Positions 62,350 to 64,000 of a DNA stretch of 64,000 nucleotides are shown piece by piece. The DNA is taken from contig CAWHHI010000011.1 of NCBI GenBank assembly GCA_963829055.1, positions 288,001 to 352,000 on the forward strand, read 5' to 3'. This DNA comes from an uncultured Gemmatimonadaceae bacterium (GTDB lineage: Bacteria; Gemmatimonadota; Gemmatimonadetes; Gemmatimonadales; Gemmatimonadaceae). The translations under genes were made by a program, and so were the position numbers. How positions within the stretch are numbered: the stretch's first letter is position 1; every line of letters starts with the position of its first letter. The notes below the pieces were generated by a model, which did no database searches, was not told where the DNA came from, and worked only from the letters and a program-made list of their open reading frames with translations.

Positions 62350-63235
62350 TTACGGTGCCTCGTTCGGCTCTCCCGCCTGCGCAATGAGCGCTGGTAGCGC
62401 GCTCGACTCGACGCCGTGCTTCACCGACTCGAGCGATAGCGTGAGCGTGAACTTCGAGAACTTCGCCTTCACCTGCACCGGATACCTGCTCGCGTCGTCC
62501 GTGAACCACACCTGGGCCTGACCGTCGTCCGAGAAGATGCCGCTCGTGCGAATCGTCGGTCGGATAACCGTCGTCGCGAACGTGCCCGCACCGACCGTGA
62601 CCGTATCACGACGAAGACCCGTCAGTACCACCGGATTCTTGTCAGGCCGGAAGTAGCGGTTGTCGCTGCGCGTCTCACCGACGTTCACGCCCGCGGTGCG
62701 AACGGCGTAGATGAACGAGCCATCGTCCAACGGGTTCGTCACGCTCGCGTGCACCGAGTCGCCCTGCTTCTGGTACTCGGCGCGCTCGGGGTAGATCTCG
62801 TACGACGTCGTCGCTGTGATACCGGCCCTCCGAGATCTGCTGGCGATGACGCAGCGACGCGAGCGTCTCGACGTCGATCCAGCTCTCGTATCGGTCGTGC
62901 ACGCGGAACAACGGCACGCCGCCGTCCACGCTGAACACGACGTGATACGCCGGACGCCCGCGGACGACCTCGATGCCGTCCACGCGCATGCGTGCGGTGC
63001 CCGCATGAATTCCGCTGAACGTCGCGCGATACGTGAGCTCTTCACCCACGGCGTACGGAACGGACGCAACAGAAATGGTCTGGCCTGCAGCCTGAACGAC
63101 ACGCAGCTGCGGCTGCTGTGCGCCAGCGGCCGCTGATGCCGAGGCCACAACGCCTAACGCCATCACGACGAGGCCGGCGCTCGCGCGCGCCGCGTGTCCC
63201 AGTCGCTGATTGATTCGCTCGTAGATCCTTCGCAT
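62350..63235 (-). CDS. DUF3108-like secreted beta-rich protein (frameshift near 62815)
   Basis: PYAVGEELTY, RVHDRYESWID, PLDDGSFIY.VR, VTVGAGTF, IFSD.G...VWFTDD..R.PV. Confidence 0.75.
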
Positions 63236-63384
63236 CGCCCCGCTCCGTCGAGCCGCTCCGTCTTCTCCACTGCGCCACGCGTCAGTACGCCGCGCGGTCG
63301 CCGTCCGGATTGTCGAACGGTTCGTCTGAGAAACGTGCATGACAGTGACTTTCATATCTGAAGTATTACCTTAAAACAAAAGCG

Positions 63385-63805
63385 CTACTTCAACGAGCTC
63401 AGCACCTTCGCAAGCGCCAGTCGCTCAGTCGGCCCCAACGATTCGGCGAACGCAGCCTCGACCTCAGCTACGACTGCCGCTCCAGCAGCCGCCTTTTCCT
63501 CACCCAACGGCGTCAGAATCGCCCGCTTGCTGCGCCTGTCCGATGGATCGTCAGTGCGCCGCACCAGGCCGTCAGCCTCGAGCCGGTCGATGAGTGTCGT
63601 CATGTTCGATGCGACACATCTCCTGCTCCTCTGCGAGCAGCCTCAGCGGTATCGGTTCCTGCGCGTTAGCCAGCTGCGACAGCACGTAATACTTGGCCGC
63701 CGAGAGTCCGACACCCTTCAATGCGTCCTCGAGCCGAGCGTACTGGGCGCGGCCTGCCTGGAGCAGCATGAAGAAAATCGGGTCCTTGTTATCTGGATTA
63801 TTCAC
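63385..63805 (-). CDS. MarR-family transcriptional regulator (frameshift near 63620)
   Basis: GLSAAKYYVL..L, then TTLIDRLEADGLVRR..DP.DRRS...LT..G. Confidence 0.85.
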
Positions 63806-63851
63806 ATGTGCATTATCGCTCGCCGTTCGAATTGACGCAAGCCCCGGCCGT

Positions 63852-63925
63852 TGTCATTCCGAGCGGAGCCGCGAAGCCGTGTCATTCCGAGCGGAGCGCC
63901 GCGAGGCGCGGAGTCGAGGAATCCC
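63852..63925. repeat. REP-like element (TGTCATTCCGAGCGGAGC x2 ... GAGGAATCCC)
   Basis: Same family as the 31964 and 62155 elements. Confidence 0.65.
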
Positions 63926-64000
63926 TGGTGTCCGCGGTAGAGGGCGTCGCTACCCTGCAAGCCAAGGACCCTCATGCGATCGCCTTCGGCGACTCGCTTC

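Noticed and set aside
55085..63805. Acylase, SusC/SusD and MarR as part of the photosynthesis island
   Set aside because: They lie beyond the last PpsR box and are common host-type genes; no mobility genes or boundary repeats were seen

Overview
GC-rich bacterial DNA, most likely Gemmatimonadota (split RC-H gene, Gemmatimonas-like gene order, flanking SusC/SusD pair). About 1-54.5 kb is a near-complete type-II anoxygenic photosynthesis gene cluster (PGC): crt/idi genes, bchGP, ppsR-aerR, bchFNBHLM, acsF, lhaA, split puhA, puhBC, pufBALMC, bchO, bchCXYZ, crtF, bchID and puhE. It is bracketed by two C5-pathway tetrapyrrole operons (hemAEFY plus heme oxygenase; hemCBL). Between the convergent puh and puf operons sits a Calvin-cycle core operon (red-type, form-IE-like cbbL, cbbS, cbbX, prk). 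It is preceded by a sensor-less histidine kinase and NarL-type regulator, with no cbbR. Pigment enzymes are the O2-dependent versions (acsF, hemF, hemY), suggesting an aerobic anoxygenic phototroph with CO2-fixation potential. Light regulation is rich: a BphP1-like phytochrome with a PpsR2-like repressor, AerR, and CarH/LitR, plus tandem PpsR boxes at five loci. A non-palindromic motif, CGTTAGG/CCTAACG, recurs about once per kb across the window. Many genes have single-base frameshifts that are probably long-read errors. The right end holds an Ntn acylase, SusC/SusD, a DUF3108-like gene, a MarR gene and REP-like repeats.
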